Source: the human T2T-CHM13v2.0 reference genome, Homo sapiens. Taken from it: a DNA stretch of 64,000 nucleotides. Positions 41,591 to 55,900 of the stretch are shown here, in pieces. Made by a program: the position numbers and the translations under genes. Each line of letters opens with the position of its first letter. Position 1 is the first letter of the stretch. The notes under the pieces were generated by a model. That model made no database searches. It worked only from the letters and a program-made list of their open reading frames with translations, and was not told where the DNA came from. The DNA lies in assembly GCF_009914755.1 (NCBI RefSeq), contig NC_060930.1; one strand, given 5' to 3'.

Positions 41591-43575
41591 TCACATATTA
41601 AGCCTTCAATAGACTTTTCAGGGTGAATCTAGTCAAATTCCATTTAAAAATGTTTTTAATGAAAAAATCAATTTAAAATAACAAATTGATTTAAACAATT
41701 TTTTAATCACATAGCCTCTCTGAAAACTTAGAGTTACTGGGTAAAAATAGCATAAATGTTAAAAAATGATCTAGTTGATCCTATGTCTTTTAGTCAGAAA
41801 TATGAATGAAGTGCTTCTTCATTTTCTTTAATGAATATGATGTTGTTTAACCCTATCTTGACAATAGATGAAATAATTTTTTTCCATGACAAGTTTTTAT
41901 GCTACCAAAACTTGTGAAAGGTTTTGACAGGAAATCTAAGAAAAATATGGGGGGAAAGCAAGACGTATAATTTTGTCTTACCATTTTGAATATGTGTGTG
42001 TGTGTGTGTTTGTATTCATATACAACATATATACACATTAAATCTGAAAAAAGTATGTTTTAAACTCTTTATTTGTAAATTAAATTGTATCTGATATATT
42101 TGCCAGGAAACATGAGTTTGCTGTAAATAAACCTGATAATTAAGCTATAAAGAAATAGGCATAAAGGCAAAGTCCAGAAACTATTTTTGATTTAAATTGA
42201 TTAAGCTTCATTATGATTCCTTTGACTGAAACCCTCAGTATTATTTTGCTTTGTTGCAATTCCTTTATATATTTGTTTTCATAAGTATAATAATAAATTC
42301 TTAATTGTCTGAGATCCATTTTCCCTCCCAGTTTGTAAGTTTCATGAAAAAAGCCACTCTGCGTTTCTTGTACCTCACTGAGACTCTGTAATAATTTGGG
42401 AGAGAAGGAAATAATAGAGTAAATTCAGAAGACTATATTAGATATATTTATTTGCAAATAATGTTATATTCCAAATTGGTTCCTCTAAAAGGAATAAGAA
42501 GAAATTGAGAAGGTATCACAAAATATCTTCTATTCAATGTGTATGTGAGTGGAGCCATATATACTTTCCATGACCATGTTAAATGTGGTTGCTTACATAC
42601 ATATCAGCAAGGTTGGATGGAGTTTGATTGATGATTGAAACTTTTTTGTTGTTATTGTCCTGAAAGAACCTAGTTATGTAAATGGCATTGCTTATAGCAT
42701 GATGTTTGAATAAGGCTTAATGTAATTCCATATATTTAAGAAACATAAGCATAATTTCTGTGATCCACTCCAGAAATGGAAGCATAACATATTTCTAAAT
42801 ATTTACTGAAAATTTTGTTTAAACAAAAATATATGAGGAATTGTGATTAGTATCAGTAAAAGTTTTAATTAATGATATTGAAAAGTAATTTTAATATAAT
42901 ACTATAGACATAAAATAACAAATTTCTAATATTGGGACACTAATAACACTAGCATTCTGCTAGGTTGAGCAAAGTGAATTAATTCATACAAGGGTCTTCC
43001 CAATAGTTTCTAAGAAAAAAAATGGATAAAGTTTTCTCAATTTTAATATTTTCTTAGCTTAGCTTTTCTTAAACCTTTGGCAGCTGCTTTAAAGTAAGAG
43101 CAGGTGACAAAATGAATAAACATGTAGCAAATGGATTTCAACAGAATTACTTGGAAATAGCTGATCATGGTAAGTTTGATAACCCTGTTATTTCTACTCA
43201 TATAATTATTTATTTTGCATCCAAATGTTAAAGTGGTGTTTATTTTCTACTAGTAAAATTAGTTTTAAATTTATATTATAAAATTATTATGCCAATATTT
43301 CATGGTGTAATGCCAAAAAAAAAAAAAGACAGGCTGACATTCATGATTCATGTAGTCTACTCTCTGGCCCTATCTAGGATTCACTAGAGTATAAAATGAA
43401 GCCACGTATATACTAATCCTAGCCAAGTGTCATGAACGCTGGGCCAAAATTTCTTCTTTGTGCTTTCCCCTTCACGACCACTACATACTATTGCCTATGG
43501 GCATTTCTATTTTCATGAATAAATGAACAAAGCAACACCCGATAAACCCTGGAAGTTATCAATGTAACCTGGGAA

Positions 43576-43582
43576 GTGTGTT

Positions 43583-43636
<54 letters not shown>
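43576..43636. repeat. Compound (TG)n(AG)n microsatellite
   Basis: Direct reading. Confidence 0.93.
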
Positions 43637-44064
43637 GTTAAATAGTTTGAATAAAAGCCTAATATATCATTATTGTCTTTCTTGCCAAAAATATATAAAA
43701 GGTATAAAAGTCAGTCTTGGTTGTTTTGGTCAATATGTTTTTAGTAGACAATTTTGATAGAAGGGTATAATTCTTCTTTTAAGAGAGTGCCTCTATTTAT
43801 CTATCAGTAACTTAAAAGCGGTGTTTGCAGCAGTTAGGAAGAAACCAAGACTAGATTTATCTTTAGGCACCAGCTGATGTCCAAGCTCAGCATCACAGGA
43901 TGTAGTTCTGCTGGTGGCCCTGATGGTTTAGGGGCTAAATTATTGCTTTAAGGTCCAAAAACATAATTTGGTTGCTATAGCCAAATGTAATAAGTTACAC
44001 AGGACCTAAAATGCTTATCAAATCACAAGAGATCCTCTGAGAAAATTCAACTATTTGTAGTTTC

Positions 44065-44425
44065 TGCTAACTCAGGCATTCATTCCTTCACAAACTCTTT
44101 TCTCTAACTGAAATATCTTTCCTAAGTGTTCTCCTGACAAACTGTGTTAAATTCTTCCAGACTCAGCTCAAATAGTAGCTCTAGTGCAAATGATTCCATG
44201 ACTTTGGACTACTTCCTGTGTGCCAAACTGCATTCCATATATAATTTTCCTACAACAATCAACTTCTTTTGTTATTAGTTTATTTGTTGTTAGCCTTGCC
44301 TGCCTCTCCTGTTAGGTAAGCCTACTTTGTGTATAGGGGGACACATATCTTCATTTCCATGTCACTGACATCTGAGAGTTCCTAGACAGTCAAAAGTCAA
44401 AAAATATTTTTCTAAGGAATCAAAT
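44065..44425 (+). mobile_element. L2 3' region
   Basis: 'attcttccagactcagctcaaata' and L2-like terminal text. Confidence 0.5.
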
Positions 44426-44630
44426 AATGGAAAATGAAATAATAATGCATAAAGTGCTAGTTTATTTGTATAAGATTACATATCCAAATTATAAATATTT
44501 GCATTTCCTGAACAGATCGTCCTGTTTGTAGCTGTTTGCACAATAAGTACAGAATGAGAACTTAGGGGAGTGAATTTGATCATCTTAATGCATAAAGGGC
44601 ACAAATAGGAAAGCCTAATAAATAATGCAT

Positions 44631-44632
<2 letters not shown>

Positions 44633-44667
<35 letters not shown>
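44633..44667. repeat. (TG)17 microsatellite
   Basis: Direct reading. Confidence 0.95.
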
Positions 44668-44669
<2 letters not shown>

Positions 44670-46281
44670 CCTGCTACCGTAGAGTCATACCCACCCACCA
44701 GACAGGAGCTCTCCTGCTGTTCCATACTCTGCATATGCATTTTATAGGGCTCATCAAGACCAAAATACTCATTTTGTGGGTGGGAAAAGGAGGGCTCAAC
44801 TCTTTTCTAGAATGTAATAGCTTTACCCTCCCCTCATTTATTGTTTTATTTCTAACTTATATTTTCAATAAGAGTAATATTGTTGTTTAAGGTACAGATT
44901 AATTATATGTACAGACCTCCTTGTTTTTAAATCTATATTGGAATTCAATTTTTGTTGCAGGTCTAATGTGATAATATTTTTAACATGCTTAATGTCATCT
45001 CTAGCACCTAATTGATACTATGGTGCTAAACAAATAAAATGTGGTCATATTAATTTTCATGTAATGTCTTCATCTAATGTACTATCTATGTTATGATTTA
45101 ATTTTTCCTAGGGTCACTGGGTTTCTATTAGTGACCTTTATGTCTTTGTTTTATCACAAGCTTATATTGCCAGAAATAGAAATATAAAATTTGTAAGAGA
45201 AAATATCAAATAAACATGTTTATAATTAATCTTTCATGAAATATTTTAAGTCAATTTAATTGTTTCTGGTTTGATTTAGGCTGCAAACTCAGCAAAGAAA
45301 AGCATTGATGTTTTGACATTCAATAAAAGTGGAATCCATTTGTATTAATGAGCATAATCATATTATGCCTTTAATTTAATTCTGTGTCATTCATTCTTTT
45401 AGAAATGACTGTGAGATTTAAATCATATGTACCTTTGTGTGTGAAGAATGGGTCATTACTTTTAACCATGCCACTAACAACTTCTTGCTCTTGGCCAGCG
45501 AATATAACCTTCTGAATCTAAGTTTTTTCTTCTGTGAAATGAGTAAATTGAATTAATTATTTTCTGATTTCCTTCTAGGTATGAGAGTCTATTGTTCTAT
45601 ACTGTGATGAAATATTATCAGGGATATATGAGACTTCAGAGTTATCATAGAATGTCAATAGCAACATGGAGAAATTTTTTCAGGGTAATTTTCCCCTTGA
45701 TAGATATGCTCTACTATGGCAACATTCACCATTTAAATTGACATCTGCAAGCTCAATGCTTAATTAAAAGTGATGAGAGGCACATTATAAAAAATTATAA
45801 GTCTATATGTATCCACATTTGAAGAAAAATAATTCTTCAAGACTAGATTAAGTCCATATTGCAAATTCCTATTTACTTCTACTTAAAGTATTTTGGTGTA
45901 AGGGGCAACATCTTATTCATTTTTGTTTCTTCAGTGCCTCATAAATAGTATGCATATAGTACTTGTTGGATAAATAAATGAACTGAAATTTTACATATTT
46001 TTATATATATAGATAGATAGATATGCACCATACTTCTCATTGCTATCGCTTGGAAATATATAAACAAATTACATTATTACAATATTCTATCTAAAGTTTC
46101 CAAAAGCATAAATGACTCAGGGAATAGTTGTGAAGCATGTGAAGCATGCCAAACTGCAATTAGTATCTTCGAGGTGCTCTGGGCCCTGTATGTCTTGGCT
46201 ACATTCCTAGATAACTGATGCCTATGTCCTCTATCATATCTTCCTTCCCCCATCCAAGGCTAACTTCACCCAAATGTGTCG

Positions 46282-46284
<3 letters not shown>

Positions 46285-46330
<46 letters not shown>
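46285..46330. repeat. (TG)23 microsatellite
   Basis: Direct reading; longest perfect dinucleotide run in the window. Confidence 0.95.
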
Positions 46331-46336
<6 letters not shown>

Positions 46337-49300
46337 CATGTTTGGACACATGCAGTATGCTGAGGATGATGGGTGGATATAATTATGTCTAATCAAGAGT
46401 GAGATGGTAAATTTTATTCAATTAATTACTTATGTGAGTGTTTCAAGCTGAATATAATACGTTAGGTGCTGTAAGAAATTTAAAAAAATCGTGATCCATT
46501 ATCCCTTATTTCTGGATCTCACATCTTAATAGGAGAGCTCCTAAAACAGCAAGTGTACAGACTTATTAGTGGCTGATGTTAATTACCACCACATCTGTTT
46601 TTGTCTACTCAGCTCTTGCCTATAACTGGATCTCACTTTGTTGTCTAATCACCGCTTCCTTAGATGAGGACAGGCTGTCTCACTCTGTTTCCTCTAGTGG
46701 GTTTCTCACAGCAGAACCAACACAAACCTACTATTTATGCTTCTTCTGTCAGTTCTTGGGGATACCAGAAAGATTTCAGACAGTAAAATGGCCATTGCTA
46801 TCAAAATGTTTGAATCATAACAGTTAGGCAAATGCTAATTTCTTTGGAAATTATACATTCTCTTTTCAATTGTAAACACATTTTAAATTCAACAAAAGTG
46901 ATAGATGTTTGCAAATCATATCACACCAGTGAAATAATCTATATATATTTTGGAAGTTTCTAATGTGACACTGTTATAAAACTACCCTTCTGCATCAATT
47001 TGATTCAAATTCTGAAAATAATAGAGGCCCACTGAAGAAAAAATTTCCACAGTGCTTGAAATGCCAATTTCAAAAGAGCTGCAGAATTTCTCATACTGGG
47101 GCATGCCACTATTATTTTAATACAGGTGTTGTCCCACTAGTTATCTGCACATTTCTAAAAAAATGAAATAAAGACCAATCCTGTTCCCATATATAATGTA
47201 TTTTCCTTTCTTCTCCACTCCTCAAAAAAGTATTTGTTGAACAGTAATTGTCCTGAGAATTGGACCTATTGTTATATAGATAAAATAATTTGGGAATAAT
47301 ATACAAATCCTATAGCCTCCAGCAGTTGCTTTTGATGTACAGTAGTTTGTTTTCCAACTCATCCTTTGCCAATCCAGAAGAACCTAGAGTGTGAAATCTT
47401 TATTTTCTTCCTTTTGCTGTGGGACTACCTATAACCCCCATAAGGCTGAAGTCAGACCAGTGGAACATCTGTTAAAATGCAGATCAGGTTTTTCGTGCTC
47501 AAAGAAATGAGCAGTTTTAAAGTAAGCATTATCTCATCAGTATTCTGTACCATCATCTTAGTATGAAGGAGAAAAATACAACAATATACCTGTGAAGAAG
47601 AGAAGATAAAAGACCATGACTCAGAAGGGGGAAAATTGCTTCTTAATTGAGCTTAAATGTAAGAAAAGAGAGAAAAATAATCCCATAGCTTTCTCTTAGT
47701 GAGATATCTTTCATTCATTTGAAGTATATACATTTGTATGTCATCCAGTTTTAGTGTACCAGATGGAATATTTAGATGCAGAGAGAAGGCTTATGGGTGT
47801 TGTAGTCATGGAAGCTGAGTGCCAACTGTGAGACAGAACTGTCAAAGCTATTCAGAGAAACAGTGGTTAGGACTGCTTTGTGATAATTATATCCACCACC
47901 ATGGTATCACTTGTAAGTCTAGACACACTGAAGTTATTTTGATTCCTTTCTTTTTTTCCTCCATGTAGATATCATTTTAAATCTGGAAGTTCTTTTATTT
48001 GTTTGTTTTTATAAGATTTTCTTCCTCTATGTACTATCTCTCAAAGTCAAATTCTCTCTCATATGTATTCAAACCCTAAACTATTAATTTTACTTAATCA
48101 TCTTGTACTTAAGCTGCAGTTACAGTTTTTTAACTACTTGTCCTCCCTCCGGTTGCAATCAGTCAGTGACATAAGTGTTTGCTGTGAAGATGTTGTCTTC
48201 CTCAAACATTATTTTCATCATGCCATTTGCCAATTTAAGAACCTTCAAAAGTTTTGAATGGCATGACTAATCATGACAGGGAAAATATTATGTTTTAAAC
48301 ACTTACAATACTTCATTCCTCTCCTGTTGAGAAAGGTTGATCTTAAGGAAAATCTTTAAATATTTTCCCCAGAGCTGATCACTGCTGTAATTAGTGTAGA
48401 GTAGAGAAGGAGAAACAGGACTAACACAACCCATAAGAGTTTCTCATTGGTCGTCCAGAGAGGCCTGAAACCCCATTATCTTTTTGTCCCATCTCTCTCC
48501 ATCATCTAACTCTGTCTTTGCCTGTGGACAACACACTTTTCAAATAGCTCTAAAAAGGAGGTAGGAAGTTGGAGCTTGATGACATATAAATACCATGAAG
48601 GAAAGGCACCTTCTAAAGAAAGAGGCCCTGGAAGTAACCATCTGGGCATTTTTCTATGAGCATTAGTAGATATATCACCACTGTTAGAGATATTTAAAAA
48701 TAATTTAGAACGTTTTGTTGTAGGATATATCATGTAATGCTCTTCCTTCCACACACAACTTGAGCTTGGTTCTTCCTATCTGCTCAAGAAACTGTAATTT
48801 TCTTCACATTACTCTTCACACATTTGAAACTTGGTCTTACTTGTATTTCCCCTTGCTGGCAGCATGGCAGGAGATGGCATCCAGGCAGGGACTGAATGAT
48901 AGCATAGCTGACTCAAAGAAACCCAGTAATACTCAGGCTATACTTGGAGATCCATCATCAGAAATTCTGAATCTCAGGTACAATATCCAACTGCTCCTCT
49001 GATTAAATCATCATTGAGGAAAGCCAACAGTACAATATACCGTAATGACTAAGATGTTAGAGTTGTGGCACAAGCATTTGGAGAATGACCTAACGGGAGC
49101 CCTCATGGTTCTTGGTATACAACTTTAAAGTCAGAAGTAAATTATGTTTATTACTCTTGAGATTGAAATTGAGAGGATGCATTCTTTTAAACTGTATGTA
49201 TAATGGGAAGCTAGGTGCATATTACAATATATGTGTTCAATAGATTAGGAAAATTTAAGAAACACCGTCCTGAAATTGGCACATAAATATAAATTCTTAG

Positions 49301-49649
49301 GGCAATGAGAGCTTTCCTCTATTTAGAGAGAGATGTGGAAAATGTACTGATGCATTCAAGATACTTGCTAGGCTTCACAGTCTTGTCCTTTTCATCATAC
49401 TACTCCTTTCACGTCAATGGGCACCAGATTTAGTGCATCTGCTCCTAGAAGAGAAAGTTGTAGGAGTGTAGAACCAAAAATGGAAGACAAATATTTGGGT
49501 CTGAGGTAGAAATTCTGAAGAAATGTTACTGGAGTCAATAAGGGCTGGGGAGGTTGAGTTAAGGAAAGCCTGGTAGGGAAACAGCAGAGATTAAATGACA
49601 GTACAGAAAGCCAAGAATTACTGCCTCTATTCTACTAGCACCTGTAACT

Positions 49650-49838
49650 CAGTGGTTTTCAATTCTAACTGTATATCATAAAGCCTTGTCTGCTCTTTAA
49701 ATAAAAAAAAAAAAATGCCTTGCCCCTACCCCAACATAATTAAATCAGAATTTATGGGGATGTTGCCTGGGTAACTTCATCAGTGTTTTTAAGTCTTCCA
49801 GATCTTTATTAATGTGCAACTGGGACTGAGAATCGCTG
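49650..49838. mobile_element. MER5A/B hAT-Charlie MITE
   Basis: TIR-like ends 'cagtggttttcaa' and 'ctgagaatcgctg'; internal 'aattaaatcagaatttatggggatg'. Confidence 0.75.
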
Positions 49839-50964
49839 AGTAAACTTGAAAGATCATCTGGCAATGTTGAGAATTGGCTTAATTTGAATGAAACAGAGAA
49901 CTACAGGTTCCTATGGAAAAAAGACGTGTTCTACCTATATGAGATACCAGAAATCTTAGTGGCCACATAACAAGGGGTTGAGGAGAACAGAACAAAGACG
50001 GAAGGGAAGTGATGTAATCGGTCAAGCAATTTATTCACAAATGTCATTGAATGCACTTAGACTCAACCACAATTCTCTCTGTTGATAAAATTTTAGGAGA
50101 AAAATAAGAGAAGGACTCCCAGAAGGATACTTCTCTGTACCCAGAAGAGACTTCAGAGCAGAGGCCTCAGGGCAGATTTGAGGAGCTGAGAACAAGCCAA
50201 GTATGAATCATCCTTGAAGTCAGAGTTTTAATAAATTAGGTTTTAGGGCTAGGCATGGGCAGATCCCAAGTTCTAAATTAGAGAAACTGTTCACCCGCAG
50301 GCATACTACATTCTGGTTATATTGCTGAATAGGAAGTATTTTCAGTAAAAGAGAAATCCACAATCAATTTATTGCTATTATATAGCAATAAATAGGTAGC
50401 AAACTAATAAAAAGGTAGCAAACTACCTTTTTGTTAGAACACAATGTCCCTTCATTCAAGCCTTTCTTTTTTTTTCAGTTTTAGTAGTTTCTAAGCTATT
50501 TTGAATATTTTAATAATTTTGGAGATTCTTCCCTCTTCCCAATCTGTCTTTCCATGGCAGATTCATTAGATGTTTTTAATTCTGGCTTATCATTTGGCCT
50601 AACCTCTTAATTGACTTCTTTGTATGCCCACTTTTCACCTTGATGTTTATTCAGCATTTATGTTTTCAGTCTATGCATTTCTCATGAGAATAGCTTGGTG
50701 AGTTTTTTATTTTCAAATTCATTGCCCAAATCATCTTTAAACGGAATATACTGCCTCTTTCATGACAGTTCCGAGCTCACTGAGTGGCTGAGCATTGTGA
50801 GAGAGGACAAGGGAATAATTGAGATTGGTGTTAATTAAAAGTTGTGGCTTTCATCTAGCACCTCAGATTTTTCTTCACTGCCCCTAGCATTCCTCACTTT
50901 ACTCCTTTATCAACTCTTCTGCAAGTCTGTCATTCCTTTTAATCACTTTGGCTATCAGAGTTGC

Positions 50965-51350
50965 TCAAACTTCACTCATTTTTGACAACTTTGAGAGTTT
51001 TCAGGAGTACTGGTCAGATCACTTACATTGGGATTTATCTGATTTTTCCTAATGATTCAACAGAAACCGTGGGTTTCTGGGGAGAAGAGTGTAGAAGGAA
51101 AATGCTCTTCTCATCACAACCTTTCAAAAGTACATGCTATCAAAATAAGACATCACTATTGTTGTTAATCTTGGTCACGTGGTGTTCATTGGGTTTCTTC
51201 ATTGTCAATGTACTCATCTTTTCCCCTCTTTTCCACACTACTCAGAAGTCACTATGCACATCCCACCCATGAAGGGTGGGGAGTTATGCCCCACCTTCTT
51301 GAAGGAAGAGTATCTATATAAATTACTTGGAATTCTGCATGAAAGAGTTT
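50965..51350 (-). mobile_element. L1MC/MD 3'UTR relic
   Basis: 'ggagtactggtcag', 'gaagtcactatgcacatcccaccc...ggggagttatgccccacc'. Confidence 0.7.
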
Positions 51351-51371
51351 GCAGTAAACCCCCCACCACCA

Positions 51372-51630
51372 CCTTGATTAAAGTGTGATTGACAAATAAA
51401 AATTGTAAGTACTCGAGCTATACAATGTGATGATTTCATATACGTAAATATACACTGCCAAATGATTACCACAGTCAAGCTAATTAACACATCCATCACA
51501 TCACATAATTATCTTTTTCTGTGGTGAGAACATTCAAGATCAACTCCCTTAGCAAAGTATAAATATAAATAATAATACAATATTATTAGCTATAGTCACC
51601 ATGTTATACATGAAATCTCCAACACTTACT
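51372..51630 (-). mobile_element. L1MA8/9-like 3' end
   Basis: 'tgattgacaaataaaaattgta...aatgattaccacagtcaagctaattaacacatccatcac'. Confidence 0.8.
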
Positions 51631-52928
51631 GCAGTAGCTTTTTAATTGGCATTCTTACATTCGCTCATCACTATCCGTTCTGTGCTCCTTGCTTCCATAC
51701 TATAGACACAGAGGTCATTTTGAAGCAGACATTCATTCTCTGTTTAAAACCTTTCAGTGGTCACCCACTGATGGAAATGTAAACTCTAAATCCTAAACTC
51801 AAGGTATAGAGCCGTGTACACAATATTATTCTCAACCAGTCAATTTCAACTTTGGTTCACATGGAATCATCAAGTTGCTTTGGTGCATGTAGATTCCTGA
51901 TTTCTACTCTAGAGATCTCCAATCTATTAGTGAAATATGGCTTTGAAATATATTAGTACATATTACCTTTTTATTATTATAAAATATGTATTCTCACACA
52001 ATTATTTTTATAAAAGCCATCATCCCAATAATTATATTTACTTATAATATTATTCATACATTTTCTGTTTTTTTTTTCAGTTGATTATTTGGAGTCAGTG
52101 ATTGCCTTTTGGTAATTCAGAAGTACTTGGGTACATGTTATAAGCATTTTAATTCCCTCTCATTTCTACATTTTCAGTAAAGTGTTTCCATGGTGCTGAA
52201 AAAATGTAATTACTTTATAATCAAGAAATGTATTTTAATGCTGTTACGGACCTCTAGAGCAATGAAAACTTCTAATCTAAAATATTCCCCAGATAAGCTA
52301 TATTATGAAGTATCATCTGCATATGTTATTAATTTCTCTTCATAATCTCTAACCTCATTTGCCTATGCTAAATTATATTTATTATTGATTTGAATAATTA
52401 TGGTAGAATATTCTCACATTAGTTTCTTAAAAGATGAGATAGAGATAAATTATGATTTATTTATATATAAAGAAACAATTTAACTAGGGGACATTATTTA
52501 ATATTAGAAAAAGTATATTTAGTTATTCATTATATTTTGAAAACATTTTATTTCTATATTAGCTATTTTTAAATTCAAATCTAGCAAGTGCAAAGTATTC
52601 ACAAATCAAGCTTCACTGCAAAAACCATCTATTTTATACTGTTAGAGAGACCAATATTTTCTTGAGCCAAATATAAGTATTTAAAATTCAAAGTATATTA
52701 GGAATAAGATGTTATTTTGGATATAATTTGATAATGCTATAATTTTGTTTCTCTTTTTGGAAATTATTTTTGGTATTCCTGATTATTGAAGTAATATATT
52801 CGCATTGTCAAAATTTGAAAATTGAATAATGTAAGTTAGATAATTTGTCTTTAGAGCCATATCGTCTACATTTGCTGTTACGAAAAACTGTCCTTGAAGA
52901 AAATGTATTATCTAAGTATATAGTAGTG

Positions 52929-52930
<2 letters not shown>

Positions 52931-52962
<32 letters not shown>
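52931..52962. repeat. (GT)16 microsatellite
   Basis: Direct reading. Confidence 0.95.
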
Positions 52963-52965
<3 letters not shown>

Positions 52966-54309
52966 ATCATAAAGTGAGGAAAGTTTCCAGAATCCAGAAG
53001 CCAAATATGAAAGAAAGCACAATAAGTGAGCCCAGAGTGGAGGAAGTAGATGTAGACTGCGTGAATCATGTCAAATCAGACCTCTGCACTAGATTCTGGA
53101 GTATCCTATAGAAGAATGTTGATCAAATGACTGTATGCTCCTGGTTTCTCTCCCCAGAAAGGTTCACATAGACATAGCTCTCAGGTGATTAGGTGAAAGC
53201 AGCAGATATATGGCAGGGTCTTTCAATTTAACAAAAGGCAAAGGACAGAAAGGAAATGAACCAAGCAAATCTGAGCTGGCAGACAAACTAGGTCCCGCAT
53301 ACAATAAACTTCAGTATTAAAGAAAATGATCTCATAATGAAAGTCTCTGATGTAGGAAAGAATATAGGATATCCAAACATAGGTTGATTGTATAAAATAT
53401 ATGATAAACTGTCTAATTTATGGTGCTAAAAAAGAAGGCAGGCCTGTAGTATTAGGAAATAGCTTTTAAGTATATAACACAAATATTTACAGATTATGAA
53501 GAAAATTTGCAATTCCATCATCAATAGTTAAGAATTTCACAAACTTCTATCAGGATAGATCATGCGGACAAAAATGTCAAGAAAGAAATTTAAGATTTTA
53601 ATATCACCAAACCACACACTTGATCTGATGGACAATATTCCTCCATAGAAAACAGACATCAGCTCAGAAGTCTCTTACCATCTTCTTATCGTACAGCTAC
53701 ATGTTCATCACCTTTGCTGTCAAGCTCTACCTCCTTTGTCTCAGGTGTCTCTCCCTTGTATCTAAACCAATTTTCCAACTGTACTCTGTATCCCATCTCA
53801 TTCCTATACCTTTCTCAATAATACAAGGGAAGCCTTTAAAAGACAAAGCCAGGCTTTTAGAAAAAAGAGAGAACAAGAAATAGAATAGAAAAGGTAAATA
53901 GATTGCATGTTTCATATTAATTTTTATATCCACTGTTCATATTCCTATTAGTGCTTATTTTCTGAAACAATTCTCATGCTGGAACTAAATTACCCATTGA
54001 AAATAGCAAACACACAAGATTGAGCTCCTCCTGTAAAATTTGTTTCTGGTCTATTGCACATTTGCCAAAAGTTAGCTAAAAAGAATACTTTGCATGCTCT
54101 TGAGAAGGTCTCTAGCAAAAGAAGCAAATAGAGACAGGTCAACTTTAATTCACTGGCTTTCCATGTTGAATACTATTATTTTTAGAAAAAGTAAATAAAG
54201 ATCCCATATTTTTCTTATCTTTAGGTAATTATTCTATTTAATCTTTTTTTGAAGTAAAAGATAAAAATATATAAATTTCATTTCTCAGCATAAGTTCCGT
54301 CAAGATCAT

Positions 54310-54312
<3 letters not shown>

Positions 54313-54345
<33 letters not shown>

Positions 54346-54627
54346 AGACAGGGTGTTGCTCCGTTGCCCAGGCTGGAGTGCAGTGCCACGATCATGGCTC
54401 ACTGCAGCCTCAATTTCCTAGGTTCAAGCAATCCTCTCACCTTAGCCCCTAGAATAGCTGGTATTACAGTCACATGCCACCCTGCCTGTCTAATTAAAAA
54501 AAAAAATTGTAGGGACAGAGTCTTACTATGTTGCCCAGGCTGGTCTTAAACTCCTGGCTTCAGGTGATCTTTCTTCCTCAGCCTCCCAAAGTGTTGGGAT
54601 TATAGGCATGAGCCACTGTGCCCAGCA
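54313..54627 (-). mobile_element. AluJ with a pure 32-nt tail
   Basis: AluJ diagnostics 'gatcatggctcactgcagcctc', 'ctatgttgcccaggctggtct'; TSD AAGATCATGAC at 54302-54312 and 54628-54638. Confidence 0.93.
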
Positions 54628-54951
54628 AAGATCATGACATTTTTGTAAGTCATGATACCAGCCATTTAGTCCATCTTGTATGTATTCGAACTGAGAACTC
54701 AAAATTTTATACATGAAATTTCTGACCTTAGGCATTTTCTATAGTACAATGAACCATGGATTAAGATTCTAATGGAAGGCAATTGGATTGTATGAATCAG
54801 TATTTCCAAAAATGTAAAATAATAGATAAATCAAGTCATTTATATTTGGCTTAAAGCCATACATTAATTAATTAATCTAACCTTTATTAAATACTTACTG
54901 TTGCTAAGTACCGTTATAAGTACTGGAAATACATATTTAAATGAGAGCCAG

Positions 54952-55442
54952 TATAGATCAGTTACGTTTTGAGTTTGGCTATTGTAATGTGTGTTTGAGA
55001 CATAAATGTTTTAAAACACACAAATACCTATTCTCTCATGTATAAGAAGTCCAGGGAAAGGGTGATGCTGCAGCTACACAAAGTGATCATGTACTCTTGT
55101 TCCTTCTGTTTCTTTTCTCTGCCCAATGTGATTTTAATTTTCAGATTGATCTCATGGACCACGATGACCAAGATGCCGTAGCTTCAGTTATTACAATCTT
55201 GCTCCAAGGAGCAGAAAATCAGAGAGAGAAGGAAATTTAAAAGGTACCCCATCTTTCAACACACATTTCCAGAAGTTCCGTATGGCACTTTCTACAAATC
55301 AATCGCATAGCCATATGGCTTTGAAATGGTCTGCACTCCACAGGTTTCCAGCAGTCATTATCTCAATAAATAAAATCATAATTCTATTAATGAATAGATA
55401 AGGAAAAATGTATGTTGTATGATTGTAGGCGGTCTAGCCATC
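54952..55442 (-). mobile_element. MLT1J/K-like LTR
   Basis: 'ttctctcatgtataagaagtccagg', 'caagatgccgtagcttcag', 'tttccagaagttcc'. Confidence 0.55.
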
Positions 55443-55699
55443 TTAATCTCACAGTTTCTTCCTGCCTTCAAATAAATAGATGAATAGATACTTAAATAAG
55501 GTTCAGTGGTAGGTATAGTATTTAGGAGTAGTTAGGTCTTTTCTTTTGTAGTGTGGGTCATAATAGATGGAGTGGTCAAGTTACATTGGAAAACCCATAA
55601 GCATAATAATTTGCATATATTTTAATTAATGATGTTGGTTTCAAAAATCTCCAATATATTGCAAAAATTCCCCAAAGGGGATGAAGAAAGTAGACTAAT

Positions 55700-55900
55700 A
55701 GTTTGGTATAAGGTATTTTACTTGTACTATCTCATTTAATTCTCACACAACTCTATGAAGAAAGGGATATTATTTCAACTTCCCTGATAGGGATATGGTT
55801 TCAGAAATGGAAAGAAAAATACATATCCAGGACTACATTGCTAGTAATAAATATTAGTAGTATTGAAATCTAGATTTTTCTCTGAGATTCTATTATTTTT
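55700..55900 (-). mobile_element. MIR SINE
   Basis: 'tatctcatttaattctcacacaactctatgaag'. Confidence 0.6.

Noticed and set aside
43886-43905. REST/NRSF-like word CTCAGCATCACAGGATGT
   Set aside because: Half-site spacing and right half do not fit TCAGCACC-NN-GGACAG
52061-52116. Strong acceptor with a weak nearby donor (similar acceptor near 40159)
   Set aside because: T-runs ending in CAG are common in AT-rich DNA; no convincing donor
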